A DNA stretch of 64,000 bases from Eledone cirrhosa (lineage: Eukaryota). The translations under genes were made by a program, and so were the position numbers. The stretch spans positions 175,274,001 through 175,338,000 of the forward strand of contig OZ024741.1 in NCBI GenBank assembly GCA_964016885.1. The letters run 5' to 3'. The notes under the pieces were generated by a model, which saw only the letters and a list, made by a program, of their open reading frames with translations, was not told where the DNA came from and made no database searches. Below are positions 62,009 to 64,000 of this stretch, piece by piece. The first letter of the stretch is position 1. Each line of letters begins with the position of its first letter.

Positions 62009-62385
62009 TTAAAAACACACAGATACATGCGGACACACACATATATACATGAATGCATCCGCACCCAACTGTGAGTTAAGGGTGCCAACTTCACCGATGT
62101 ATCTGTGTGTTTTTAAATATATTAATAACTCCCTCTGGTCGAGCAATCTTTGAAGTGTGGGGACAACTGGAAAGCTTCCATTACTCATACTTCTCGCCTT
62201 CTTCACTACCTCTTCTACGGCCTCGATATGAATACCCCCTCCGCCTCCGTGGTATTTTCTTCGTGGTTATAAGAGGCTTAGCTCTGTTTCTCGACCGTTA
62301 TATCGCGTGACTATCTCCCCCTCCGCCTTTTGGGATTCTTTCTCACGTCGTGTGGACGCGTTCTTGAGACTAGTAAAATGAGGTA

Positions 62386-62473
62386 TCCTCTTGATAAGTT
62401 GGCAGACCTCGCAAGGACTCTATGTCTTTGATATATTGTTTTTGTTTATGCCACGAAACTACGTAGTCGAGGA
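62386..62473 (+). ncRNA. Hammerhead, U3-A8 variant (copy 1)
   Basis: tcctc|TTGATAA|g-t-tggca...tgcca-c|GAAAC TACGTA GTC|gagga. Confidence 0.8.
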
Positions 62474-62976
62474 ATTTAGGAACAGTTTAGGTATGATACA
62501 TTTTATTACTAATTATATCTAAATGTTTCTTCTCTCTTCATAATGTATTTTTAACTCTGATACTGGTTCAGTCTGGTTCAAACTGAATTGGTCTGTCCCA
62601 GTCATTCATTGAGCAACATCGGTGAAGTTGGCACCCTTAACTCACAGTTGGGTGCGGATGCATTCATGTATATATGTGTGTGTCCGCATGTATCTGTGTG
62701 TTTTTAAATATATTAATAACTCCCTCTGGTCGAGCAATCTTTGAAGTGTGGGGACAACTGGAAAGCTTCCATTACTCATACTTCTCGCCTTCTTCACTAC
62801 CTCTTCTACGGCCTCGATATGAATACCCCCTCCGCCTCCGTGGTATTTTCTTCGTGGTTATAAGAGGCTTAGCTCTGTTTCTCGACCGTTATATCGCGTG
62901 ACTATCTCCCCCTCCGCCTTTTGGGATTCTTTCTCACGTCGTGTGGACGCGTTCTTGAGACTAGTAAAATGAGGTA

Positions 62977-63064
62977 TCCTCTTGATAAGTTGGCAGACCT
63001 CGCAAGGACTCTATGTCTTTGATATATTGTTTTTGTTTATGCCACGAAACTACGTAGTCGAGGA
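62977..63064 (+). ncRNA. Hammerhead, U3-A8 variant (copy 2)
   Basis: Identical to copy 1, 591 nt downstream. Confidence 0.8.
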
Positions 63065-63138
63065 ATTTAGGAACAGTTTAGGTATGATACATTTTATTAC
63101 TAATTATATCTAAATGTTTCTTCTCTCTTCATAATGTA

Positions 63139-63442
<304 letters not shown>

Positions 63443-63448
<6 letters not shown>

Positions 63449-64000
63449 TTGCAAGATTTTTTATATGAAATCGTGTGTCGAAACAAATATTGTTATAGTT
63501 GGGGAGGATCATATAGTTGTAATAATATTGCCAGAAATAATAACAGAACACACTACCTGTTTGGTTTTCGCTTCTGTATCTTTTATGTCTCCGCAGATAA
63601 TTCATTTGCTCCTGAATGTTTATCATTGACTGACCAACGGTCAAAAATACAGATACAATATAGATATAAACACATATATATAGTCTAACAAAGTTCTTTC
63701 TTTGCACATCTGCAACATCATCAGTGGTACTATTATGTTCCTCCTGTTGTATTGTATGTCTACGCCATTTTTATTTTATCTGTTCATTTATTTATCTATT
63801 TTTGTCTTCTTCTCTGCGCATACGTTTGCGTGTGTGTAGAGTGTTTGGTGTGAGTTCGTGTTTGGGTGACTGTGTTTTGGTTATTGTATTCTATCTTCAT
63901 TTACTAGTGTGTGTTTATATGTGTTTGTTGTTATTGTGCTTGTGTATATATATATATATTAATTTATTTATTTATTTATATTTATCTATCTTTAAGTCAG
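63443..64000 (-). mobile_element. 3' end/pLTR of another Naiad-type PLE C copy (runs off the window)
   Basis: Reverse complement matches 28790-29276 and continues into [23 protein letters not shown] before (TA)n; HHR at ~63688-63728. Confidence 0.85.

Overview
AT-rich, microsatellite-saturated eukaryotic DNA with no intact host gene visible. The repeat families and (TA)n density suggest an invertebrate, most likely a cephalopod/octopus (inference). Most ORF-track entries are YI/CV/TH translations of microsatellites. The window is dominated by Penelope-like retroelements (PLEs) sitting in (TA)n tracts. These include four decayed RT/GIY-YIG elements of the 'Hydra'-type (YRDD, CxC-x5-CPL linker), one near-full-length 'Naiad'-type element with direct pLTRs, and many short terminal fragments. 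About 15 type-I hammerhead ribozyme (HHR) motifs occur, including U3-A8 and insertion variants. Also present are CR1, RTE, Tx1/L1 and CRE LINE fragments, two tRNA-derived SINE families, two non-autonomous Helitrons, a mariner remnant, a hAT MITE and a short 28S rRNA fragment. The main leads are: (1) a young non-coding 591-nt tandem unit bounded by two U3-A8 hammerheads (retrozyme/circRNA candidate); (2) recurrent head-to-head PLE termini and inverted flank duplications at (TA)n, suggesting two-sided priming or fold-back at a palindromic target; (3) a 37-nt intron-like segment whose removal would fuse ORF1 to ORF2 of a Tx1-like LINE in frame; (4) a duplicated, covarying structured-RNA module inside a PLE 3' region. 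Coordinates were read by eye and may be off by a few bases. Clade names come from recalled motifs, not from database searches.
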